This document shows, one piece after another, positions 26,754 through 35,543 of a stretch of 38,348 bases of DNA. Within the stretch, counting starts at the first letter, position 1. Each line of letters begins with the position of its first letter. The notes under the pieces were generated by a model. That model was given only the letters and a program-made list of their open reading frames with translations, was not told where the DNA came from and ran no database searches. The stretch is from Candidatus Omnitrophota bacterium (GTDB lineage Bacteria; Omnitrophota; Gorgyraeia; Tantalellales; Tantalellaceae): assembly GCA_030631915.1 (NCBI GenBank), contig DAOVKF010000002.1, forward strand, positions 1-38,348, written 5' to 3'. The position numbers and the translations under genes were made by a program.

Positions 26754-27446
26754 ATGAAAGAAATAGCAGCGGCAATAGTGCTTGCGGCCGGATCGGGCAC
26801 GAGGATGAACACGGCGGTCCCAAAGCAGTTCCTGGAATTAGCCGGTAAACCTGTCATTATCCATACCCTTGAAAAATTCGAAAAAAGCAGTTTCATATCA
26901 GATACAGTGGTCGTCTGCCATGAAGACCATATCGAGGACCTTCGCAGGCTTATAAGCAAAAATAAACTCCGGAAGGTGTATAAAGTGGTCCCCGGCGGGG
27001 AGACCCGGCAGGGATCTTCCTTTATCGGCGTGAAAAATTGTCCGCCGGGAACAACATTTGCGCTTATACATGACGCTGTACGGCCGTTTATCAACGATAC
27101 CATCATCAGTGATACATTAGAGGCGGCAGGAGCGGCGGGCGCGGCAGGGACCGTCGTTGACATGATCGATACCGTGATCGTGAAAAATGGCGATTTCATC
27201 AGGGACATGCCGGACAGGAACAACCTTAAAAGAGCGCAGACTCCCCAGGGGTTCCGGTATGAAACAATACTCACAGCCCATGAATGGGCTTTAAAGAACG
27301 ATATTTTTGACTCTACCGATGATTGCGGGCTGGTCCTGGCAATGGGCAGCCCGGTGAAAGCGGTGGAAGGTTCTGTATTCAACATAAAGATCACGGACCG
27401 GGCGGACCTGGCTGTCGCGGAAAGACTGATACTGGAAATCGAATGA
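26754..27446 (+). CDS. IspD/TarI-family cytidylyltransferase (MEP or ribitol-5-phosphate cytidylyltransferase; not resolvable by eye)
   Basis: LAAGSGTRM...PKQFLELAGKPVIIHTLEKF, HDAVRPF, AQTPQGF and VEGSVFNIKIT are present. Confidence 0.85.
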   Translation: MKEIAAAIVLAAGSGTRMNTAVPKQFLELAGKPVIIHTLEKFEKSSFISDTVVVCHEDHIEDLRRLISKNKLRKVYKVVPGGETRQGSSFIGVKNCPPGTTFALIHDAVRPFINDTIISDTLEAAGAAGAAGTVVDMIDTVIVKNGDFIRDMPDRNNLKRAQTPQGFRYETILTAHEWALKNDIFDSTDDCGLVLAMGSPVKAVEGSVFNIKITDRADLAVAERLILEIE

Positions 27447-27480
27447 ATATTCAGCCCTCCCCCGGCGTGGGTCAAAAGAT

Positions 27481-28752
27481 ATGCGCATGATCAGGGCCAT
27501 AATAAACGCTGTCAGGGGGTCAACGGAGAGGAAGGTTCTGGTCGAGAACTTTTTTTCTCTTTCTTTCCTGCAATTAGCCGATTATATCCTGCCGCTGATC
27601 ACGTTGCCCTATCTGGTCAGGGTTTTGGGCCTGGAGAGGTTCGGGCTTATTATTTTCGCGCAGGCGTTCATCCAGTTTTTTGTCATACTCACGGATTTCG
27701 GGTTCAATTTATCCGCGACCAGGGAAATATCGCTGAACAGGGATGACAGGGACAGGGTTTCCGAGATATTCTGTTCCGTCATGCTGGTCAAATCCGCGTT
27801 GATGATGGTCAGTCTGGCGGCGCTCGCCGGTCTGGTTTTCGCGATACCTAAATTCAGGGCCGACTGGCCTGTTTACCTTTTCACCTCCGGGCTGGTCATA
27901 AGCAACGTGCTTTTTCCCGTCTGGTTTTTCCAGGGGATGGAAAAGATGAAATACATCACCCTGATCAATATCCTGGCGAAGCTGATCTTTGTGGCCTGCA
28001 TATTTATCTTTATAAGAAACTCTGCGGATTATATTTATGTCCCGCTGATAAATTCCCTGGGTTTCATCGCCGCGGGAATACTGTCTTTCTGGATCGCGAG
28101 AAAGCATTTCAGGTTCCGGCTATATATGCCCGGCCCGGGCCCCGTGATCTCCATTGCGAGGGAAAGCGTCCATTTCCTGTTGTCGCGTGTTTCCGTTTCC
28201 ATCTATACGACGAGCAGCGTTTTCTTTCTCGGCATGTTCACGAGCAACCTGATGGTCGGGTATTATTCAGCCGCCGAGAAACTCTACCTGGCGGTCCAGA
28301 AGTTATATCACCCGCTTGTGGCCGCCGTATATCCTTTCATGGCCAAGACCCGGGACAGGGTATTCTATAAAAAAATGTTCAAATTAAGCGTTCTGGCCAA
28401 TACGCTGTTCATTGCGCTTTTGTTCGTTTTCAGCAGGCGCGTGATCATCCTCCTGTTCGGAAGCGATTTCAACGAAAGCGTTGCCGTCCTGAGGATATTC
28501 TCAGCGGCGTTATTCGTCGTTGTCCCTTCCATCCTTCTGGGGTATCCTTTTCTGGCCGCTTTGGGCCGTTCCGAATACGCCAATAACAGCGTGATAATCG
28601 GCTCAATATTTCATCTGGCCGTTCTTGTGGCCCTGACCCGGGTCTGCATGAATATTTACACGGTGGCCGCCCTGGTCGTACTGACCGAATCTCTGGTGCT
28701 CTTGATAAGAGTATATGGAATAACCAAATATAAACTATGGAGGGTGAGATGA
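27481..28752 (+). CDS. Wzx-type oligosaccharide flippase (MOP superfamily, Polysacc_synt)
   Basis: The N-terminus NFFSLSFLQLADYILPLITLPYLVRVLGLERFG is typical, and the 423-aa protein has about 12 hydrophobic segments. Confidence 0.75.
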   Translation: MRMIRAIINAVRGSTERKVLVENFFSLSFLQLADYILPLITLPYLVRVLGLERFGLIIFAQAFIQFFVILTDFGFNLSATREISLNRDDRDRVSEIFCSVMLVKSALMMVSLAALAGLVFAIPKFRADWPVYLFTSGLVISNVLFPVWFFQGMEKMKYITLINILAKLIFVACIFIFIRNSADYIYVPLINSLGFIAAGILSFWIARKHFRFRLYMPGPGPVISIARESVHFLLSRVSVSIYTTSSVFFLGMFTSNLMVGYYSAAEKLYLAVQKLYHPLVAAVYPFMAKTRDRVFYKKMFKLSVLANTLFIALLFVFSRRVIILLFGSDFNESVAVLRIFSAALFVVVPSILLGYPFLAALGRSEYANNSVIIGSIFHLAVLVALTRVCMNIYTVAALVVLTESLVLLIRVYGITKYKLWRVR

Positions 28753-29435
28753 AGGTTGTTATTTTAGCGGCAGGCATGGGGACAAGGCTGGCCAGAACGC
28801 TCCCGAAACCGTTGATATCGCTAAAGGACGAAGAAACGATACTGGATTATCAGATAAGGAATATCACGCGGTATGTATCGATCCAGGATATTTACGTGGT
28901 CGTGGGATACAAAAAGGAGCTTTTAATGGAAAAATACCCGGAGCTGCTTTATGTGTATAACAACGGCTATGCCCAGACCAATACCGGGAGGAGCCTGCTG
29001 CTCGCCTTGAGAAAAATAGAGGAAGACACCATATGGCTGAACGGTGATATATTTTTTGAGGACAGGGTCCTCGAAAAACTGATGGGTTCGAGGACCTCGG
29101 CCGTTCTCGTGCAGAAAAAAGAATGCGGCGAAGAAGAAGTCAAGTATACGGTGGACCGGAAGGGATTTGTCAGGGAAATATCCAAGAATGTCAGGAACAG
29201 CCCGGGGGAATCGGTAGGCATCAATCTCATCAAGAAAAAAGATATCCCCGGATTCGTCAGGCACCTTGAAAAGACAGGGCCGCGGGATTATTTTGAGAAA
29301 GCGATGGAGAGGATGATCAGGCTTGATAAAGTAAGGGTCCGGCCCGTGGACATCGGAGATCTGTTTTGTGTCGAGATAGATTTTCCCGAAGATCTTGAAA
29401 GGGTCAGGGATCGTCTGAGATCCAGGGTTTATTAA
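28749..29435 (+). CDS. LicC-like NTP-transferase (phospho-alcohol or sugar-phosphate cytidylyl/nucleotidyltransferase)
   Basis: MKVVILAAGMGTRL...PKPL is present, and the length (about 228 aa) and the C-terminal VEIDFPEDL resemble CTP:phosphocholine cytidylyltransferase-type enzymes. ATG 28749 overlaps the flippase stop (ATGA). Confidence 0.7.
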   Translation: MKVVILAAGMGTRLARTLPKPLISLKDEETILDYQIRNITRYVSIQDIYVVVGYKKELLMEKYPELLYVYNNGYAQTNTGRSLLLALRKIEEDTIWLNGDIFFEDRVLEKLMGSRTSAVLVQKKECGEEEVKYTVDRKGFVREISKNVRNSPGESVGINLIKKKDIPGFVRHLEKTGPRDYFEKAMERMIRLDKVRVRPVDIGDLFCVEIDFPEDLERVRDRLRSRVY

Positions 29436-29445
29436 AGGACGGGGC

Positions 29446-30675
29446 ATGTCTTTTTTTGTAAGGCTGGGAGAAATATGCGTCTGGGTGTTCAAGGACATGG
29501 TGTATCTGGTGTCATGCGTTATCCCCGGGAGCAGGTCCATCTGGGTTTTCGGCGCCTGGTTCGGCGCGAGGTATTCGGATAACAGCAGAAGCCTGTTCGA
29601 GTACGTTAATGAGAATTGTCCGAATATCAGGGCGGTATGGCTGACCGGGAATAACGATGTTTTAAAACTGGTGAGGGACAAAGGATATGAGGTTTGTTTC
29701 GCGAACAGCCTGAAAGGGATATGGCTGTCACTAAGGGCGGGGATAGGCGTGATCTGCACCGGCAATAATGACATTAACGGGTTTACCACCGGAAGGCAGA
29801 GAATTATCAATCTGGAGCACGGCATTCCCCTGAAAAAGATAGTGTATGACGACCGTATCAGCTATAAAGGGCATTCAAACCTTAAGCTTTTCCTCCTGCC
29901 TTTTCTCAGGAAAAAACCGAGGCTTGTCAGCGCGACGTCTTTGCGGGTCAAGAACACGGTGTCGGGAGCTTTGAGAGTTCCGGACAGTAACGTGGTAATA
30001 ACCGGGTATCCGAGGAACGACGTTTTTTTTGCCCAAAAAAGAGAGAAGACGCCGCTTGAGGCCGGGCTGCTGCTGAGGGACAGAAAGGATCGCAGACTGG
30101 GCATATACATGCCCACCCATCGAAGGGAGGGCAGGCTGGACGTTCTTTCCCTGTTTTTCGGGGAGATGGACAGTATAAACTCGAGATTGCGGGAGCAGCG
30201 CGTTATCCTGCTGGTAAAAGTCCATTATTATCACCTGGAGGAGATGCAGAAGAACCCTTCAGAGTATTCAAACATTTATTTCATACAGGATAAGGATGTC
30301 GAGCAGGACATATACAGCCTTTTGCCGGCGGTCGATTTTCTGGTCACGGATTATTCCAGCGTATACTTTGATTATCTGCTGCTGGACAGGCCGATCATTT
30401 TCGCGCCGTTTGACATGGAAGAATATCTGAGAGACGATAGAGAGCTCTATTATGGGTATAACGACGTTACTCCGGGCCCGAAGGCCGGTAACTGGGACGA
30501 GGTCTTGAAATACATCGGGGAAAGCCTCTCTTTTCCCGAAAGGTACGCGCGGGAAAGAGACAGGGTCAGAGAAATGTTTCACACGTACTGCGACGGGCAC
30601 AGCAGCGAAAGAGTGTATAAGGAGATCCTCGGTATATTACAGGCCAAACCGTTGGGAGCGGCCCGAAAAAGATGA
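29446..30675 (+). CDS. CDP-glycerol/CDP-ribitol phosphotransferase family protein (TagF/TarF/TarL-like, Glyphos_transf)
   Basis: LEHGIPLKK (catalytic His context), ITGYPRND, YMPTHR and LVTDYSSVYFDYLLLDRPIIF are present. Confidence 0.85.
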   Translation: MSFFVRLGEICVWVFKDMVYLVSCVIPGSRSIWVFGAWFGARYSDNSRSLFEYVNENCPNIRAVWLTGNNDVLKLVRDKGYEVCFANSLKGIWLSLRAGIGVICTGNNDINGFTTGRQRIINLEHGIPLKKIVYDDRISYKGHSNLKLFLLPFLRKKPRLVSATSLRVKNTVSGALRVPDSNVVITGYPRNDVFFAQKREKTPLEAGLLLRDRKDRRLGIYMPTHRREGRLDVLSLFFGEMDSINSRLREQRVILLVKVHYYHLEEMQKNPSEYSNIYFIQDKDVEQDIYSLLPAVDFLVTDYSSVYFDYLLLDRPIIFAPFDMEEYLRDDRELYYGYNDVTPGPKAGNWDEVLKYIGESLSFPERYARERDRVREMFHTYCDGHSSERVYKEILGILQAKPLGAARKR

Positions 30676-31592
30676 AAAAAGTCGTTGTTATCATAGTCAA
30701 CTGGAACAGATGCGCGGATACGGTCGAGTGCCTGGAATCGCTGAACAGGATATCCTATCCGGACTATGGTGTGGTCATCGTTGACAACGGTTCGGAAGAC
30801 GGTTCCGAACAGCTGTTCCGGGAAAAGTACCCGGAACATGCCGTGATCCAGAGCGGGTCCAACCTGGGTTTTGCCGGCGGCGTGAACGTCGGGATCAGGC
30901 GCGCGAGGGAGGAGAACGCGGATCTTGTCCTGATCCTGAACAATGATACCGAGGTCAGCCGGGATTTTCTTGATGAACTGGTCAGGACAGCCGAGTCTGA
31001 ACAGGGGATCGGGATAGTCGGCGGGAAGATATACCGTCTGGACGACAGAAAAAGGTTATGGTCCTGCGGAGGGTCTTTTGACGTCAATACCGGAAGGGCC
31101 AGGCACTTTGTGTCCGGAGAAGACTGCCGGCACACCGCCGGAAAGCCGGAATTTTTGTATATCCAGGGTTGTCTGATGCTGATAAAAAAGGAATGCGTGG
31201 ATGATATCGGGTTGTTTTCCGAAAGGTTCTTTCACCTCGGGGAGGATGTAGAATACTGTATCCGCGCGCAAAAAAAAGGATGGCGGCTGGCTTTCGCTCC
31301 GAAAAGCGTTATCTATCACAGGGCTTCGGCTTCACTGCGGTCTTTCAGCCCGGTTTATAATTATTATGAACAGAGGAACCGGTTAAGCATCGTAAAAGAA
31401 TATCATGATTACGGGAACCCGTTTGAAATGATCATGAGCGTGGCCGTGAACGTGATGAGGGTCCTGTATGCCGTTTTTTTCAGAACGAGCAGAAAAGATT
31501 TCATGTCAAATATCAGCTGGATATTCCGCGGTGTCCGGGATTTTACGCGTGATAATTTCGGAAAGGCCCCCGAGAAAACGGTATCGCAATGA
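30672..31592 (+). CDS. GT2-family glycosyltransferase
   Basis: VVIIVNWNRCADTVECLESL, VIVDNGSEDGS, GFAGGVNVG and LILNNDTEV are present. The ATG overlaps the TagF-like stop (ATGA). Confidence 0.8.
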   Translation: MKKVVVIIVNWNRCADTVECLESLNRISYPDYGVVIVDNGSEDGSEQLFREKYPEHAVIQSGSNLGFAGGVNVGIRRAREENADLVLILNNDTEVSRDFLDELVRTAESEQGIGIVGGKIYRLDDRKRLWSCGGSFDVNTGRARHFVSGEDCRHTAGKPEFLYIQGCLMLIKKECVDDIGLFSERFFHLGEDVEYCIRAQKKGWRLAFAPKSVIYHRASASLRSFSPVYNYYEQRNRLSIVKEYHDYGNPFEMIMSVAVNVMRVLYAVFFRTSRKDFMSNISWIFRGVRDFTRDNFGKAPEKTVSQ

Positions 31593-32806
31593 AAATATTA
31601 CTGATCACGCCGTATCTTCCGCATTCCAGGGTCACCCATGCCGGCGGGAAATTCATATATGACCTTATTGCCCGGCTTAAGGAACGCGGCTTTCAGGTCT
31701 CTCTTATTTCCTTTTTCGAGCCGGGCGAGAGCAGGTATCTGGACAGCGTGAAGCCGTTGTGCGAGGCGTCCGTTTTCCTGGCAAGGGCAATGGTGTTCCC
31801 CAAAACACTTGTCGAGTATTTTCTGGAACGGCCCTTTCTGTGCGCGATAAAGCTGTTTCTTTTTTTCTTTGAGAGCATGGTGCAGAAGATCAGGCTGACG
31901 CGCTCCATGGATAAAATGACCCGGGAGACCGATTTTGACGTGCTTCAGGTCGAATACAGCATAATGGGCCTTATCATGAAAAAGATAAAATTCAACGGCC
32001 TTAAGGTCCTGGACCTCCAGGATCTCAAGGTCAAGCCCGCTGTCAGGGAGTTATCGTCCGAGAAGAACGCGGTTTTAAGGTCCCTGAGGGGCCTGAAAGT
32101 GAGGGCCGTTGAAAAAATGGAGATATCCTTTTGCGGGAAGTTTGACTGCCTTATGGTCAAATCCGAATTCGACAGGAAGATACTGAACGGGTTCGGGGAT
32201 TTTGATATAAAGGTCGCGCCTCTGGGGGTCGTTGTTCCGGAAACGCGTATCCAGGCCGGGGAGAGAGAGGAGAACAGCGTTCTGTTCGTAGGGGCGATGT
32301 TCAGGGACTTTAACGAGAACGCCGTGCTGTATTTTGTCAATGAGGTCATGCCGCGTCTGAATAAAGGATCGAAAGACGTGAAATTTTATATCGTGGGGGA
32401 CAGGCCCTCGGACAGGGTGCTCGGTCTGTCCTCAGGTAGTGTTACGGTTACCGGATATGTCGAAGACCTCGCCCGGTTTTATAACAGGTGCAGGGTGTTC
32501 GTGGCTCCGCTGTTCATCGGAGGCGGGCAGATCTTTAAGGTCCTGGAAGCCATGAGTTTCGGTGTCCCGGTTGTCGCGACGTCCGTAGCCAATGAAGGCA
32601 TACTGGCCGAAGACGGCAGGGAAATACTGATCGCTGACACGCCCGGGGAGTTCTGCGAAAAGATAACCGGTCTGCTGGAAAATGGACCGCTGTGGGATGA
32701 GATATCAAGACAGGCCAGGGTGTTCGTTGAAAAAACATATTCCTGGGACAGGGTGATCGACCGGTACATGGAAGTATATAAGAAGCCGCGGGAGCGAACC
32801 GTCTAG
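31589..32806 (+). CDS. GT4-family glycosyltransferase
   Basis: The C-terminus has GGGQIFKVLEAMSFGVPVVATSVANEGI. The ATG overlaps the GT2 stop (ATGA). Confidence 0.8.
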   Translation: MKILLITPYLPHSRVTHAGGKFIYDLIARLKERGFQVSLISFFEPGESRYLDSVKPLCEASVFLARAMVFPKTLVEYFLERPFLCAIKLFLFFFESMVQKIRLTRSMDKMTRETDFDVLQVEYSIMGLIMKKIKFNGLKVLDLQDLKVKPAVRELSSEKNAVLRSLRGLKVRAVEKMEISFCGKFDCLMVKSEFDRKILNGFGDFDIKVAPLGVVVPETRIQAGEREENSVLFVGAMFRDFNENAVLYFVNEVMPRLNKGSKDVKFYIVGDRPSDRVLGLSSGSVTVTGYVEDLARFYNRCRVFVAPLFIGGGQIFKVLEAMSFGVPVVATSVANEGILAEDGREILIADTPGEFCEKITGLLENGPLWDEISRQARVFVEKTYSWDRVIDRYMEVYKKPRERTV

Positions 32807-34386
32807 AACGGTTTCATGATAAGCGCGCCGTTGTGAAATACCGTTTCCAGCGCCATGGGAACGCTCCAGAAAGCAGATACCGCGAGCGCGGCAACGAGCA
32901 GTATCGTGCCTGTCCATGGCCCTGCCTTGCTGTTCAGGAATATTCTCAGGCGGTTCGCCACGTAAGCGCCGAGTATGGCAAAAGCCGGGTAAGCCGGAAG
33001 CATGTAGCGGTGTTCTCCCCCCATCAGTTTGTAAGCTACGCAGAACGCCGCCGCGAGCCATATGACCGGGAACAGGGTGTTCTTAAATTGCTTTTTATCC
33101 AGCCAGAGCCATAGAGGGGACAGGTAAGCCAGGATGAAAAGCGGGTTCTGATAGGGTATGCCGAGGAGGTACAGGTGTTTTGGCCGGCCCTGGACCAGCC
33201 TGAACCACGCTGTTTCAGCCGCTTCGATAAGGTTTTCCTGATGGGGCCTGTAGATAGGGTCTCCGTAGGTCAGGGTTATCTTGATAAACCAGTATCCCGC
33301 GCTCAGGATACACCCGGTTCCGAACAGCATAAGGTTTTTGTCGAACACCACTTTTAGAAAAGTCTCTTTCCGGAAAAGCCTGTCCGCGTTCGACAAAAAA
33401 TGCCAGATCACTATGGCGAAAGCCCCGATAGCCGCGTTCTGTTTGGTAACGACGCCCATACCGCAGGCTATGCCGCCGGCAAAGGCAAAAAAAGGCGCCT
33501 GTTTTTTCACGGCCACAAGGTACAGAAGGACTGCCGCTACCATCAGCGCGGCGGTCATGTCATCGGCCCATATCTTTTGCGACGTGAGTATGTCGATCGG
33601 GGAGATCGCCATCAGGAACATGGCTACGGGCGGGATCCATTCGTCGTTATAAAGGGTCCTGGCCGTCAGATACACGAGAACGATCAGGAGCATGCTGGAC
33701 GCGAGCGGTATTATTATCGAATAGAACTGTTTGCCGGCGATCGCCGGGTCAAAACGGAAATTCCTCAGACCCACACCCGGCGGGGCTTTCCTGATTATCG
33801 CGGTGTCGTTGACCGCGAGCATGTAATACGGCTGGCCCGCGGCGAATATTTTGTGTGACAACATGATCGCCAGCGGGAAGCCGAAAGGCATGTGGTGCAG
33901 GGGTTCGTCGTAATAAGTGATGCCCCCCTCAGCGAGGCTTTTTATTATCCGGCCTTTATCCCGCGCCGGAGCCATCTGCACGACTTCCGGGTGTTCGCGC
34001 AGGGAGTACATGTCAATGCCTCTCAGGTTGTAGCCGGAGATGCCGCTGGTATCCAGTTTGAACGCCAGGCCGACATAGTGGTGCTGATCGCCGCGGTAAT
34101 GCGGGAGGTCAAAGGTGTGTTTTCTGAGGCCGAACGCCAGTAAAAGTATCGCAACGAAAACAGCCCATCCGGCCGCTGTTTTCAGTTTTTTAAATGGAAG
34201 TTTATCCAGCGGGATAATGGATAAAGCTCTTTTCCCGGAGTTTTTAAGCTCGGCGCTGTCACGGTATTTCTGGACCGTATGACGCGGTATCCCCAGTTTT
34301 CTGGATATCTCTTTGTTGGACATGGAGCCCAGGTGCTCGATTATGAATTCCTTTTCCTGACTGCTGAGATGGCGCTGTTCTTTCAT
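32803..34386 (-). CDS. fusion protein: N-terminal helix-turn-helix domain plus a multi-pass GT-C-like (ArnT/PMT_2-like) membrane glycosyltransferase
   Basis: Residues 1 to about 70 are soluble and carry SNKEISRKLGIPRHTVQKYR. About 11-13 hydrophobic segments follow, with a long first loop containing YYDEPLHH. The ATG overlaps the upstream GT4 stop (ATGA). The GT-C assignment rests on the overall pattern only. Confidence 0.55.
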   Translation of the reverse strand: MKEQRHLSSQEKEFIIEHLGSMSNKEISRKLGIPRHTVQKYRDSAELKNSGKRALSIIPLDKLPFKKLKTAAGWAVFVAILLLAFGLRKHTFDLPHYRGDQHHYVGLAFKLDTSGISGYNLRGIDMYSLREHPEVVQMAPARDKGRIIKSLAEGGITYYDEPLHHMPFGFPLAIMLSHKIFAAGQPYYMLAVNDTAIIRKAPPGVGLRNFRFDPAIAGKQFYSIIIPLASSMLLIVLVYLTARTLYNDEWIPPVAMFLMAISPIDILTSQKIWADDMTAALMVAAVLLYLVAVKKQAPFFAFAGGIACGMGVVTKQNAAIGAFAIVIWHFLSNADRLFRKETFLKVVFDKNLMLFGTGCILSAGYWFIKITLTYGDPIYRPHQENLIEAAETAWFRLVQGRPKHLYLLGIPYQNPLFILAYLSPLWLWLDKKQFKNTLFPVIWLAAAFCVAYKLMGGEHRYMLPAYPAFAILGAYVANRLRIFLNSKAGPWTGTILLVAALAVSAFWSVPMALETVFHNGALIMKPF

Positions 34387-35543
34387 GCGTCCGCCCCTGT
34401 CGTATCCTTAAAGAGCTTAACGTATCTCCGCGACACGGCGGATATGCTGTAGCGCGCCGCGGCGCTTCTGTTGTTTTCGCTGATCTCCCTCCTGCGGCGG
34501 TCGTCCATCGCCAGATCCAGGATGGCTTCCGCCAGTTTCGTCTCATCGCGCGGCGGGACCAGTATCCCGTTCCTGTCCGGCGCGATGATATCGGTCTGCC
34601 CGCCTTGGTCCGTCGCGACGACAGGGAGGCCGCAGGACATGGCTTCAAGAAGCACGATCCCGAATCCCTCGTGCAGGGAAGACAGCACGTACATGTCCGC
34701 AGCGGCGAGGTACTGGAATTTTTTCTCCTCAGAGACCGAAGACAGGAACGTCACCCGGTCCTTGAGCCCGGTTCTTATTGAGAGTTCGTTCAGAGCGTCC
34801 CGCTCGGGGCCGTCCCCGATAAGTATGAGTTCAAGGTTTTGCGCGCGTTCCCGCGCCACGGCAAGGGATATTATGAGATGATCGTATCCTTTCCGTTTTA
34901 TCAGCCTGCCGATGGATATAATATAGAACGAGCCCTTGCGCATGGAAAGCTTTTCGCGGTCCACGGGGGTGAAGACAGGGGCGGGGATCCCCAGCGGGAT
35001 GACGGCGATGTCCTTTGACGGTTTGTAGAACCTTCCGGCGTTGTCCCTGGTGTTTTGTGACTGCGCCACGACCGCTGAAGCGCTGTTCAGAACGGTCCGG
35101 ACCGCCAGGCGGAGGAGCGCGTGACGGTGCGGCGACGTTTTTTTACTGGGGTCGTAGATGTCGCCTCCGTGTACGCTCAGCACGTCGGGTATGTTGAAAA
35201 CGCGGGAAAGGACCAGCCCCACGGGCCCGGTGGGCACGGCGAAATGGGTATTGATAACATGATATTTTTTATTCGCGCACAAACGGATGCCTTTCATGAC
35301 GGCGGAAAAAAGGAACGTCAGCATGGAAGACATGGTCGCCGTATGCAGTGAAGTCCTGTTCAGGACCGGGACGCGGTAGATGTTCACGCCGTTCTTGACC
35401 TCTTTTTTTTCCAGGCCCCTGAAATGCGTCGTCAGAACGTCAACATTATGGTCCCCGGCCAGTTCGTTCGCCAGATCCCGCGTAAAGACGCCTCCTCCGC
35501 CCCCAAGAGGCGGGTATTCATAGTTGATCATCAGGATATTCAT
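34383..35543 (-). CDS. GT4-family glycosyltransferase
   Basis: The N-terminus has YEYPPLGGGGGVF and the C-terminus has EGFGIVLLEAMSCGLPVVATDQGGQTDII. Confidence 0.8.
   Translation of the reverse strand: MNILMINYEYPPLGGGGGVFTRDLANELAGDHNVDVLTTHFRGLEKKEVKNGVNIYRVPVLNRTSLHTATMSSMLTFLFSAVMKGIRLCANKKYHVINTHFAVPTGPVGLVLSRVFNIPDVLSVHGGDIYDPSKKTSPHRHALLRLAVRTVLNSASAVVAQSQNTRDNAGRFYKPSKDIAVIPLGIPAPVFTPVDREKLSMRKGSFYIISIGRLIKRKGYDHLIISLAVARERAQNLELILIGDGPERDALNELSIRTGLKDRVTFLSSVSEEKKFQYLAAADMYVLSSLHEGFGIVLLEAMSCGLPVVATDQGGQTDIIAPDRNGILVPPRDETKLAEAILDLAMDDRRRREISENNRSAAARYSISAVSRRYVKLFKDTTGADA

Noticed and set aside
26714-27475. A 253-codon ORF on the minus strand that completely covers the IspD/TarI-like gene. 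Similar long antisense ORFs occur at 28923-29825, 20216-20932, 4073-4756, 5617-6315, 13087-13716 and 15507-16076.
   Set aside because: Each lies antisense to a gene with strong family motifs. The translations are low-complexity (Ser/Pro/Arg/Ala-rich) with no recognisable motifs and no SD. They are typical shadow ORFs of well-conserved genes.
32803-34386. The N-terminal HTH of the GT-C-like protein might be the remnant of an IS-element transposase HTH.
   Set aside because: No DDE or other catalytic domain, no inverted repeats and no target duplications flank it. The reading frame is continuous into the membrane domain and translationally coupled to the upstream GT4. I therefore treat it as a genuine fusion (see findings).
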